DNA from: Candidatus Aceula meridiana
Lineage (GTDB): Bacteria > Omnitrophota > Gorgyraeia > Zapsychrales > Aceulaceae
DNA: 64,000 nucleotides
NCBI GenBank assembly: GCA_030765185.1
Contig: JAVCDE010000024.1
Span: forward strand, 443,538-507,537
Direction: 5' to 3'
In this document: piece by piece, positions 1-9,068 of the stretch
How positions within the stretch are numbered: position 1 is the stretch's first letter
Layout: each line of letters begins with the position of its first letter
Position numbers and translations under genes: made by a program
Notes under the pieces: model-generated
Told to the model about the DNA's origin: nothing
The model's input: only the letters and a program-made list of their open reading frames with translations
Database searches by the model: none

Positions 1-595
1 AAATATCGATGTGTTTCATATGCATGATGCGCGTTGCCTCATCGATCGGAGTCTCAAGGGTTGTAATGTCTTTTACCGGGCGGGCAAGGTCTCTCGCTAA
101 AATCTGATTTGGCGTACTAACATAAAATTTCTTAAATTTATCCGCCAAGGCTTGGGCGGAAAGGTCTTCTTTTAAAAGTTTCTCTATATTATTTTGATCG
201 TTAAGAAATCGGATAATAGCAGACATAGCCTGCAGAACAAGATAAGGCTCAGCCGAATCTGAGATAAAAAGGAAAATGATTTTAACAGGCTTTTTGTCAA
301 CGCTATCAAAATCAATCCCCTGACGGCTGATTCCCATTGCAATCTTGAATTGTCCCCAGCCGTCTATGCGCGCATGAGGAAAGGCCAACCCACTGCCAAT
401 CGCCGTTGTCTGAGTTTTTTCTCGACTAACTACCTCAGCGCAGGCCTTTTCTTTGCTAACCGGATGCGTAGCCATTCCTTCTTTTTGATAAATTTTCTCA
501 ACAAGCTCGGCTATCACGCCCTCTTTTGTTCTTGCTTTGACATCAAGAACAATATGGCTGTGTTCAATGTATTGACTAATATCAACAATGGTCAT
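1..595 (-). CDS. PTS IIA (PtsN/Fru-like) domain plus CBS domain protein, 3' end outside window
   Basis: Manual translation from ATG at 595: MTIVDISQYI...SREKTQTTAIGSGLAFPHAR (EIIA phospho-His motif)...ARDLARPVKDITTLETPIDEATRIM (CBS-like). Frame is open to the window edge. Confidence 0.8.
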   Translation of the reverse strand, partial: MTIVDISQYIEHSHIVLDVKARTKEGVIAELVEKIYQKEGMATHPVSKEKACAEVVSREKTQTTAIGSGLAFPHARIDGWGQFKIAMGISRQGIDFDSVDKKPVKIIFLFISDSAEPYLVLQAMSAIIRFLNDQNNIEKLLKEDLSAQALADKFKKFYVSTPNQILARDLARPVKDITTLETPIDEATRIMHMKHIDI

Positions 596-704
596 AATAA
601 AACTCTATAAAAGGTTTTTTAAAATAAGCCTTATTCTAATTGCATTTTATTATATGGATATTTATAACCCGGGACAAGAGAATAGCAGAATAGTTTTGAA
701 ACTT

Positions 705-872
705 TTATTTCTTCTTAGCGCCTAAACGACTTGTGCGGCTTAAAGCTTTTTTCATGCGCTCGGCAGCCTGAGCTTTGGTCGTGCCTTCTGTTAAATTTCC
801 ATCGCAGAGAGCGGCAAAGCCTTTTCGATTCTTCATCTTAAAAACTTTAACTGTCTTTTTACCAATTTTCAT
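705..872 (-). CDS. Small basic protein (55 aa), not in ORF track
   Basis: AAAGGGGG SD, then ATG; MKIGKKTVKVFKMKNRKGFAALCDGNLTEGTTKAQAAERMKKALSRTSRLGAKKK*. Confidence 0.75.
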   Translation of the reverse strand: MKIGKKTVKVFKMKNRKGFAALCDGNLTEGTTKAQAAERMKKALSRTSRLGAKKK

Positions 873-885
873 GTATCCCCCTTTG

Positions 886-1545
886 TTATTTCTGACGAAT
901 ATATGTTTCCAAAACCGGGCCGGTAAAAATTGTCATAGCGGTATTATCTTCTGAGATAGTATATGTGTATGTAATTGTTAACGGTGGCTTGACGCCGCCA
1001 GGACAAGAAGACTGCAGCATAACAAGCGTTATAGCATCATCCTCTGAGGAAAGGCTGCCCGAAGTATAGCATGTTCCGCTAGAGTCGTAGTCCTTTGCCC
1101 GTAGATTAAGCGTTGCCGGTGTTTGGCCCGCTAAAGCTCCATCAACATAGGTAGCTGTGCGAAGCCAGGTTCCTAAAAAAGGCTGTCCATTTTTCTCACC
1201 TTCCTCAGAATCATAGCCTAGTGTTCTAGCGCCCCCGGGTCCTTTGCTAAAATCATCCTGGCTGGATCCAAGACCGTGCAGGCTTCCCTTTTCATCACCG
1301 GATGAACGGCCTACTTCTGATTTTTCTGCAAAAGCTTTTTTGCCGTCGATTTTTACTTTCTCGGAAGACTCTCCGCCACCGCCATCGTCCTTAACGGCAG
1401 TCTGGCTCGGCCTTAGTAATCCTCCATAAGGGTCATTAGCATTGCTTGCCTTACCCTTAAAAACATCTAAAGGATTGCCGGCAAAACACACTTGGGCTGC
1501 AAAAACAACCGTAATTAACAATGAGGGAATAAAAATTCTTTTCAT
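886..1545 (-). CDS. Secreted hypothetical protein (low-complexity linker, beta-rich C-terminal domain)
   Basis: Signal peptide ending VCFA; G/S/E/K-rich linker; FLGTW start resembling a lipocalin-like domain. Confidence 0.65.
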   Translation of the reverse strand: MKRIFIPSLLITVVFAAQVCFAGNPLDVFKGKASNANDPYGGLLRPSQTAVKDDGGGGESSEKVKIDGKKAFAEKSEVGRSSGDEKGSLHGLGSSQDDFSKGPGGARTLGYDSEEGEKNGQPFLGTWLRTATYVDGALAGQTPATLNLRAKDYDSSGTCYTSGSLSSEDDAITLVMLQSSCPGGVKPPLTITYTYTISEDNTAMTIFTGPVLETYIRQK

Positions 1546-1602
1546 ATAAGTATTTTACTTGTGGCTAAGGCACTTGACAAGAAAAAGGCATTTAATATTT
1601 TC

Positions 1603-2742
1603 TTACAGGCTCCATGCTTTTTTGAGCTGATGTTGATTATCAATAAGAGCATTCATGTACGTTAGCTCCAAATCAATCATTTCCGTATCTTTTCGACGCA
1701 GCCACTCCGAAAGCCAAGCAAAGCGAAGAGCGATAATAAATTCTAATAAATATTTCCAGCTTGTCACCGAGATTGTGCCTGGGGCTTTCATCTCTTCTAA
1801 GAAAGAAATGACTAAATCTCCTAAAAGACTTGAAGGATGCTCAACGCCGACGCATCCTATGAGATTAGCTATGTCATAGGTCTCCGGCTTAATGCCGCAG
1901 AACTCCCAGTCAATGACACATCTTATATTATCTTCGCCCCAAACAATATTCATGGGATGATAATCTCCATGACAAAATTGAGTTGGTAGGCTGTCGTAGA
2001 CTTTCATAAAATCTTTCTCAAGAAAACTAATCACACCATCGACTTGGGCTTCAATAGGTGGATAATGCCTCTTAATCGATTGCTGCAACTTATAAATGTA
2101 GCCTTTGAGTGAAAAATCTTTCTTTCGGTCCTCGGGAAAAATATCTTTAGATTTCGCGTAAAGCGAAATCAAGAAATCCGCTAAAAGCGGCCCACGCCAT
2201 TTTTCATAAATATATTTTGTGCGGTCAAGGGCGACGCCTGGAATAAAATGCGCAACCTGCCAAAAACTCTTTTTGTGTTCTAAAATATGCTGGCCTTGCC
2301 TATTTTTTAAATAAGGCCGGACAAGAGAAAGATGTTCTTTGACAAGAAACTCTAGAGTGCGGGCAATTCTTCTTTTTGTTTCAAGGCTTTTATGCTCAAC
2401 TTGCTCAAGTAAAAAGAAATTCTTATTTTCATCTTCAGCAACAACACGAAAAACACTTCGCTCGGGGCTTCCCTCGATAAGAATATCATAATGCAAAGCC
2501 TTTAGCGTAATCCCAAAAAGTCCTGCCACCTCATGAAGAACTTCGAGGCTAACAGTCGGATAGCGCTCTTTAACAACGATATGGGTTTCTTTTTTTGACT
2601 TTAAAATACGTGCTGCATACACGATGCCTTTAGGACATTTATTACCCTTAACCTCAACGGTCTTTTCATCCTTCCAATCAAGGCTTAAATTGCAACCATT
2701 AGGGCACTCTTTGCAGATAAGATTTTTTTTAGGGTCTGTCAT
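1603..2742 (-). CDS. APH/homoserine kinase type II-like phosphotransferase with N-terminal Cys-rich DUF1667-like domain
   Basis: HGDYHPMN and IDWE kinase motifs; N-terminal CKECPNGC...GNKCPKG. Confidence 0.8.
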   Translation of the reverse strand: MTDPKKNLICKECPNGCNLSLDWKDEKTVEVKGNKCPKGIVYAARILKSKKETHIVVKERYPTVSLEVLHEVAGLFGITLKALHYDILIEGSPERSVFRVVAEDENKNFFLLEQVEHKSLETKRRIARTLEFLVKEHLSLVRPYLKNRQGQHILEHKKSFWQVAHFIPGVALDRTKYIYEKWRGPLLADFLISLYAKSKDIFPEDRKKDFSLKGYIYKLQQSIKRHYPPIEAQVDGVISFLEKDFMKVYDSLPTQFCHGDYHPMNIVWGEDNIRCVIDWEFCGIKPETYDIANLIGCVGVEHPSSLLGDLVISFLEEMKAPGTISVTSWKYLLEFIIALRFAWLSEWLRRKDTEMIDLELTYMNALIDNQHQLKKAWSL

Positions 2743-2897
2743 GTTTTTAGTCTTTTAGAGGGGTAAGTTTGACCATATTAGCAATTTCTTTGAGGGGTGT
2801 CTACATTTTCATCAGATTTCAAGCAAAAAATCTTTACAACAAAATCTCTGACTGATAAGATAGCCACATCAATAAACTTTTAAAAGGAAAAATCCCT

Positions 2898-3446
2898 ATG
2901 AAAAAAACAATAGTCTTCATTCTCATCTTAACTTTTATCTTTGGATTCTCATCTTTAGCTCTTGCCGGATGGAAAGAAAGCCCGCATAAAAAAGAAATGC
3001 TCCTAAAAGAATCGAATTTAGCCATTCAAAATTTTAAATATGCCGATCCTGAAATCGAAAGATTTTTTGAAAGAGCTTACGGCTGGGCGATTTTCCCAAC
3101 TGTCGGCAAAGCTGCTTTTGGCATTGGCGGCGCTTACGGCGAAGGCCTTGTTTACGAAAAAAAAGAAACTATCGGCCACGCATCATTAACACAACTTAGT
3201 TTTGGGTTTCAAGCTGGCGGGCAAGGCTACAGCGAAATTATCTTTTTTAAAGATAGTGACACCCTTAGCCAATTTAAACAAGGTAATTTCAAGCTTGGGG
3301 CAACTGCCTCAGCTGCCATTGTAACGCTTGGCGCATCCATGGATGCAGATTTTAACGAGGGCCTCGCGATTTTTACTCTTGTTAAAGGCGGACTAATGGT
3401 CGAGGCGTCTGCAGCCGGGCAAAAATTTAAATACTGGAATTATTAA
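2898..3446 (+). CDS. SYLF/Ysc84-like lipid-binding secreted protein
   Basis: Signal peptide; AIFPTVGKAAFGIGGAYGEG and GGLMVEASAAGQKF motifs. Confidence 0.85.
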   Translation: MKKTIVFILILTFIFGFSSLALAGWKESPHKKEMLLKESNLAIQNFKYADPEIERFFERAYGWAIFPTVGKAAFGIGGAYGEGLVYEKKETIGHASLTQLSFGFQAGGQGYSEIIFFKDSDTLSQFKQGNFKLGATASAAIVTLGASMDADFNEGLAIFTLVKGGLMVEASAAGQKFKYWNY

Positions 3447-3454
3447 TTCTTAAA

Positions 3455-4648
3455 ATGGAAACACTTAAAACTTTTTATGATTTAATGTTTCAAACAAGAG
3501 ACGCGCGACGCCTTCTTGTTTTAGATTGCCTTGAAAACAAAACGCTCGAACACAAGGACATCTTACCTCTAAAACAAGCTCTTGCTACACTCGAAGCAAC
3601 TCCAAAGAAAGAAAATCAATATATTCTAAAGCTGGAAGGTGAGAAAACAATCGCCCTTGACTTATCTTATGAAATTGATGAATTAAAAAAGGATCTTCTT
3701 TTTTTAGAAAAAGGCGAAGATGCGCTCTTAAAATTTCTAGAAAACATTCATGCCGATTTTGAGACACAAATTAAAAGCGTCGTGTCTGCGCTTAGCGCAA
3801 AGAAATTTCATACGCTCATTACCGATCGTGATGGCACTGTAAACAATTATTGCGGTCGCTATGCTTCTTCGATTCAATCCGTTTATAATGCAGTCTTTTT
3901 AACGCGCTTTGCTAAAAAACTAGACAATGCCGTTATTTTAACCTCCGCCCCTCTTAGAAGTATCGGACTTGTTGATATCAGCGTTGTCCCACAAGGTGCT
4001 TTTATCCATGCTGCCTCAAAAGGGCGAGAATACATCAATAAAAAAAACAAGCGCTGCCACTTTCCGATAAAGGAAGAAAAACAAAAAAAACTCGATGAAT
4101 TTAACGCCGAGCTTTCTTCTCTTGTTAAAAATCCGCAATATGCAAAGTTTGCTTTAATAGGATCAGGCCTGCAGTTTAAATTTGGCCAAACGACCATCGC
4201 CCGACAAGACATTACAAAATCTATTCCCAAAGACGAATCCTTAAGATTTTTAAAGCTTGTTGAAAATTTGGTTAGCCGTATAGGTAACCAAAAACAATTT
4301 TTCCGTATCGAAGACACGGGTAAAGATGTTGAAATTATTCTAACTGTTGAGAACGTTCAGTCAGGTCTAGATCCGAAAGATTTTGATAAAGGAGATGGCG
4401 TCGCTTTTCTCGAGAAACATGCTTCCCTCCATATGGCAAAAGGTGGGAATTTAATCTGCGGAGATACTCCGTCAGATATCCCGATGATCCCGGCTGCCCT
4501 CCACTATTCAAATGACACAACCGCTATCTTTGTTTCAAATGGAAACGAGGAATTCGAGCAAAAAGTCAAAAGGCTTTATCCAAACACGATTGTTGTCAGC
4601 ACACCCGACATTCTTGTCACGGCTTTAAACGCTCTTGCCCGCGATTAA
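3455..4648 (+). CDS. HAD-family trehalose-6-phosphate phosphatase-like protein
   Basis: ITDRDGT motif I, FDKGDG and CGDTPSD motifs; helical N-terminal extension. Confidence 0.7.
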   Translation: METLKTFYDLMFQTRDARRLLVLDCLENKTLEHKDILPLKQALATLEATPKKENQYILKLEGEKTIALDLSYEIDELKKDLLFLEKGEDALLKFLENIHADFETQIKSVVSALSAKKFHTLITDRDGTVNNYCGRYASSIQSVYNAVFLTRFAKKLDNAVILTSAPLRSIGLVDISVVPQGAFIHAASKGREYINKKNKRCHFPIKEEKQKKLDEFNAELSSLVKNPQYAKFALIGSGLQFKFGQTTIARQDITKSIPKDESLRFLKLVENLVSRIGNQKQFFRIEDTGKDVEIILTVENVQSGLDPKDFDKGDGVAFLEKHASLHMAKGGNLICGDTPSDIPMIPAALHYSNDTTAIFVSNGNEEFEQKVKRLYPNTIVVSTPDILVTALNALARD

Positions 4649-5269
4649 AGCTAATTTCTTTTTTTTAGGCCAGCTCTTAATTTGCGCCTCGCGTTTCATG
4701 GCTTCAACCCGTCCGTCTAATTTCTCTGAATATAGTAACTTTTCAAAACCAAAAACTTTTGTAAAACGCGCGCCCTTACCATTTTTGTGAGCGGCCATGC
4801 GCTTTTCAATATCATTAGTAATCCCGGTATAAAGCGTCTTTTTTTGAGATTCCAAAATATAAACATACCACGCGCCAACCGTAGGTGTATTGATCCGACG
4901 GATTTTAAACTTTCGGTCGGCCCACAGGCCAATAATTTCTTTAACAGGAAAATTCCACTTCTTAATTTCTTCAATAGCTTTTAAAGTCTGTTTCTTTTGT
5001 TCATCTCGGCCTGTGGGATTGCGCACACAATTAAAATGGCCGACAACAGCAACAGCTTGGGATTTATGCCTAAAAACAGATATTTCCACGCGCCTTTTGA
5101 TGGATAAAACACCTGCCTTTTCTTTGCCCTCGGCCAACATTTTATTGGGACCCGCCTCAGTTATCATGTCGATAAAGGCACAGCCATATTTATTCTTTAA
5201 ATACTTAACAACAGGTTCCTGTGTGCGCCCATCCATGCAGTTGATCGCTGTTACAAATTTCTTGCTCAT
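4625..5269 (-). CDS. Beta-carbonic-anhydrase-like domain fused to GIY-YIG (UPF0213-like) nuclease
   Basis: CMDGR...GHFNC zinc motifs, then WYVYIL...LYTGITNDIEKRMAAH...GARFT. ATG at 5269 has a GGGAG SD. Confidence 0.75.
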   Translation of the reverse strand: MSKKFVTAINCMDGRTQEPVVKYLKNKYGCAFIDMITEAGPNKMLAEGKEKAGVLSIKRRVEISVFRHKSQAVAVVGHFNCVRNPTGRDEQKKQTLKAIEEIKKWNFPVKEIIGLWADRKFKIRRINTPTVGAWYVYILESQKKTLYTGITNDIEKRMAAHKNGKGARFTKVFGFEKLLYSEKLDGRVEAMKREAQIKSWPKKKKLALIAGKSV

Positions 5270-5341
5270 TCTTAAAATACTCCCTTTCAAGAATTAAACA
5301 TTGTCCTATCTGCCTAAAGAAAAATGTGACGAAAAAAACTC

Positions 5342-6148
5342 TTAGCGCTTCTTTTCTGCATCCAGCCTTAAAAATAACAGCCCTTTCCCAAGGTAAGGGC
5401 CAAACATAGAGTCAAAATGCACATTCCTTTTCACGCTAAGATTATCTTGATATTTCTCTTCCATCGCAGAAAAAATCTTTTCAAGCTTTTCTCTCTCCTG
5501 AGGGGATAATTTTCCTGTCGAAGGGCCCTGCATTTTATCTAAATAAAAACGGCTCCTAGCAACCTGAATTTGAGCAATAAACTCATCTTCCTTTGCTTGG
5601 TTAGCCGCTATGGCAAGATACCGGCTAAACGTGTTATTAGAATTCGTAGCCCCTATTCGGCTAACAAGCTTGCGATAATAATCTAATGTTTGGGGCATAA
5701 CTTTTAAGGCTTGTTGAAAATTTAAAATAGCCTTCTCGTATTCTTTGCGATCAAAGAAAATCATTCCCCTGTCAAAAAGATAAGAATAGATATAAGGGTT
5801 TGCTTGAATAGCTTTATCGTAAAATTTAATTGCCTTTGAAAGATTGTTAAGTTGAACATAGCAGTACCCTGTGTTCCCATACGCATAATCTTGTCCGGGG
5901 AGCATATGCAAAAATTCTTTGTAATAATTAATAGCCCGTACAAAATCAAAACTGCGCATCTCTTGCCCCTCGGAGAGCCTTTCAACCAGTTCCCCTTCAA
6001 AATGCTGCTGGTTCCCCAGCCTAGCTAACTCAACCTGAAAAGGCTGCCTTTGCGCCAACTGAAAGAAAATAAAACCCACAACAAAATACAACCACAAGTA
6101 TCGTGTAAAGGCTACCCGAAAGTATTTTATCCAAGAAAATTTTTTCAT
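5342..6148 (-). CDS. Membrane-anchored TPR protein
   Basis: N-terminal TM; TPR-like AYGNTGYCY...AIKFYDKAI and RGMIFF...AILNFQQAL. Confidence 0.8.
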   Translation of the reverse strand: MKKFSWIKYFRVAFTRYLWLYFVVGFIFFQLAQRQPFQVELARLGNQQHFEGELVERLSEGQEMRSFDFVRAINYYKEFLHMLPGQDYAYGNTGYCYVQLNNLSKAIKFYDKAIQANPYIYSYLFDRGMIFFDRKEYEKAILNFQQALKVMPQTLDYYRKLVSRIGATNSNNTFSRYLAIAANQAKEDEFIAQIQVARSRFYLDKMQGPSTGKLSPQEREKLEKIFSAMEEKYQDNLSVKRNVHFDSMFGPYLGKGLLFLRLDAEKKR

Positions 6149-8388
6149 AACTTTTGCCTGCTACGATTAAAATATTTTAAATCCTTTATAAATAAAAAAA
6201 TCACCCACAAAAACATTCCGTTAAAAATACAAAGGATCAGCACATATATTTCTGCACCGCCTAAAGGAGAATAAACAAGTCGCATAACATTCTTGCCCGC
6301 AGGCAAAACAATTCCCTTAAAAGCAATATTAGCCCTATATATCTTCGTAGGGTTACCATTAAAAAACAATTTCCAATCCTTATGATAGCTGTCGTTATAG
6401 ACTAAAAACTTTTTTGTATCAAAATTTGTTTCTAAGACAATTGAATTTGTGTCAAAGTGGGTTACCGAAAGTTCTTGCGACGGGCCCTTAACGATCTTAG
6501 CCTTTTGAGAGACCTTTGATGATCCTTGAAGAAAATTAAGATCATCATCAAAGTCCTCTTGGGCAACAAGCGCCAAGTTTAAATCCTCCTGAAAAACTTT
6601 TTTCACAAGATCAAGGTCTTCTTCTTTCTTGCCAGAGAGCGCTCGCCCTTTATCATAAATATAAAATTTATACTTTACATATTCTTCAACTGTTTCCTTT
6701 GGCAAATTTTCAAAAAGATAAGCCGTCCACCAACAGGGAAAATGAGAATTTCCTACATAGCTGATGAAGTCGCGCATCTGGAGAAGATGCCGAATGTGAC
6801 TCCTGCTGTTAACAATTCCCTCATAGTCAGGGCGGACATAGCGAAATAAAAAACCATCTGAAGGCGGGAAAATATAATCGATCGCATAGCTCTTATCGTT
6901 AAAAGGATCACCGCGATAATGCCACATCCCTTGAAGAGGCTGAATCGAAACACACACAAAAAGAATCAAAAGCGATAACCATCGATAAATCTTGTTTTTA
7001 AAGAAGAACTCAGAACAAAAATATATAAAACTTAAGAAAATTGTAATATAAAAAGAGGCGATTGTGTTCTTTTGCCAAAAAAGAAATGCTAAAACAGCTA
7101 AATGCGCCGCAAACAGAACCCAAAAAATTCCCCTCTGGCTTAAAACAAATTGCTCTTTGATAATCGTGCGCCACTGCAACGTCGTAAAGAGGACAAAAAT
7201 ACCTACAAAGGCCGGCCAAAAAGACGAAAACGAATGAATAACTTTAAACATAGGAAGAACTTTGTAAAAAACCGCGTACATCTTTCCTGGAGGGCCTAAA
7301 AGAAGAAAATATAAAAGAATGAGCATCAAAAGCAAGGTAAAAGACTTCCGGGTAATACGGTTGAAAGCGCCTAACAAAAAAATAATAACAACAAAAAATG
7401 GAATAAGAATATAATCGCTCCACCAACCACGAAAATACAAATTATTGGAGAAATGCTGACTTAAGAAACTTTTGGAATCAAACGAATCCGAAAGAAGCTC
7501 GTCTGGGTTCATCTCTCCTCCTTTTTTTGAAAGGGCATCTTCACCCTGTGGATGGCGGTCGTGAAAAACAACCTCCTTGTTCTTGGACATGGCAAAAGCC
7601 CGCCAAACAGGCACCAGAGTTACACCTAAGAGTGAAAAACAAACAAAAATTAAAATAAAATTTTTCTTAGAAAAGGTAACCATAGAGGCGACAGAATTTA
7701 CAGCAAACTTAAAGTCGCACACAAAGGTTGTAAAAATAACAAAAAAGAAGACCATTAACCAATACGGAGGGAAATAGGACGAGGCAATGACCATTAAACA
7801 AAAAATAAGCCCAACAAAAAATTTTGGTTTTTGCGTCTCACAAAGACGAAGCCAGCAATAAAAGAACCAAACCATTGGAACATAAATAATTGATATCGTT
7901 GCAAAATTCTCAAAAACACATTGCATCGCAAAAAACATCATCAAAAAAGATAAATATGCACCAAGGTTATCTTTTAAAAAAGCCTTCGCAAAAGAATAAA
8001 AACCCATCATCCCAAAAAAGAAAAAGATAACATTGGTATAGAGATAAGAAAAATAATACGAAATGCCTATTTTATGAAGGATAAAAACAAGCCACCAGAT
8101 AGGATTAAAGATGCCAAAAAAGTTATTCCCGACAAGGTCTGGAACTCCCCACACCACAAAAGGGTTCCACAAGGGGAAGTCCCCCCTAATGATGTTTTTA
8201 ATAAAATAGGTAACCAGCCCATAAATAATATGGCCGTCTCCGACAACAGAACTCTCCCCTGTCAAAAAACCACCAAAAATAAAAACCCAAATCCCAAAAG
8301 GAATAAAAAACTTAAAAATTCTTCCTATCGCCTTTAAGGCAGCAGATTGATTGTAATCCTCAAAGATTCTTTTTAACATAGATGTCAT
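6145..8388 (-). CDS. YfhO-like polytopic membrane protein (putative GT-C glycosyltransferase)
   Basis: PLWNPF..WG.P near N-terminus, many TMs, C-terminal DSYHKDW...RANIAFKGI..PAG. Confidence 0.75.
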   Translation of the reverse strand: MTSMLKRIFEDYNQSAALKAIGRIFKFFIPFGIWVFIFGGFLTGESSVVGDGHIIYGLVTYFIKNIIRGDFPLWNPFVVWGVPDLVGNNFFGIFNPIWWLVFILHKIGISYYFSYLYTNVIFFFFGMMGFYSFAKAFLKDNLGAYLSFLMMFFAMQCVFENFATISIIYVPMVWFFYCWLRLCETQKPKFFVGLIFCLMVIASSYFPPYWLMVFFFVIFTTFVCDFKFAVNSVASMVTFSKKNFILIFVCFSLLGVTLVPVWRAFAMSKNKEVVFHDRHPQGEDALSKKGGEMNPDELLSDSFDSKSFLSQHFSNNLYFRGWWSDYILIPFFVVIIFLLGAFNRITRKSFTLLLMLILLYFLLLGPPGKMYAVFYKVLPMFKVIHSFSSFWPAFVGIFVLFTTLQWRTIIKEQFVLSQRGIFWVLFAAHLAVLAFLFWQKNTIASFYITIFLSFIYFCSEFFFKNKIYRWLSLLILFVCVSIQPLQGMWHYRGDPFNDKSYAIDYIFPPSDGFLFRYVRPDYEGIVNSRSHIRHLLQMRDFISYVGNSHFPCWWTAYLFENLPKETVEEYVKYKFYIYDKGRALSGKKEEDLDLVKKVFQEDLNLALVAQEDFDDDLNFLQGSSKVSQKAKIVKGPSQELSVTHFDTNSIVLETNFDTKKFLVYNDSYHKDWKLFFNGNPTKIYRANIAFKGIVLPAGKNVMRLVYSPLGGAEIYVLILCIFNGMFLWVIFLFIKDLKYFNRSRQKL

Positions 8389-9064
8389 TTAGTAAAATAA
8401 AAACTGTTTTCAGTGTCCTCAAAAAACTGCGCGGACGCAAAGCCTTAGTCTTTCCCTCTCGACGGCCGATATCAATGAAAGGAATTTCCTTATAAGTGCA
8501 TCTGGATTTTAAAAACCGGATGTTATAGCTAGCAATCGCTGCAAGCCCATTTGACCGCACATGAAGGCTTTGCATATGTTTGGTTTTACAAATAAAAGGT
8601 CCCGTGTAACCTTTAAGGCGAAGGCCAAACACAACATTCATACAAACCGTAAAAATCTTTGAAATAAATTTACGCAACCGGCCTTGCTTATTATGATTTG
8701 CCTTGTAAGAAATAATCAAATCTACAGAGCCTATCTCTTTAACGGCATCGCGCCAAGACTCCCAAGCAAGATCATTATCGCCCGGGAAAAAAGTGGTATA
8801 CGTTTTTTCTGCTATAGCGGCGCCCTTGCGAAGGCAGCCCCCAAGCCCGCTGTTGATTTCATTGGCCACAACTTTTATTCTTAAATTCTCATGCGCCTTC
8901 TCTTGTGCAATGGCTTGAGTGTTGTCTTCGCTAGCATCATTGATGACAATAATCTCATAATCCTCAACAAGCCCATCGATTGCGTTCACAACGCTTTCGA
9001 TAGCTGCCCGGATATTGCCCTCTTCGTTAAAAGCCGGAATAATAATCGTGAGGTCTTTTGTCAT
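8360..9064 (-). CDS. Glycosyltransferase family 2 (polyprenol-phosphate GT/DPM1-like)
   Basis: IIIPAFNEEGNI, INDASED, GDND, RREGKTK. Confidence 0.9.
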   Translation of the reverse strand: MTKDLTIIIPAFNEEGNIRAAIESVVNAIDGLVEDYEIIVINDASEDNTQAIAQEKAHENLRIKVVANEINSGLGGCLRKGAAIAEKTYTTFFPGDNDLAWESWRDAVKEIGSVDLIISYKANHNKQGRLRKFISKIFTVCMNVVFGLRLKGYTGPFICKTKHMQSLHVRSNGLAAIASYNIRFLKSRCTYKEIPFIDIGRREGKTKALRPRSFLRTLKTVFILLNDIYVKKNL

Positions 9065-9068
9065 TTTA

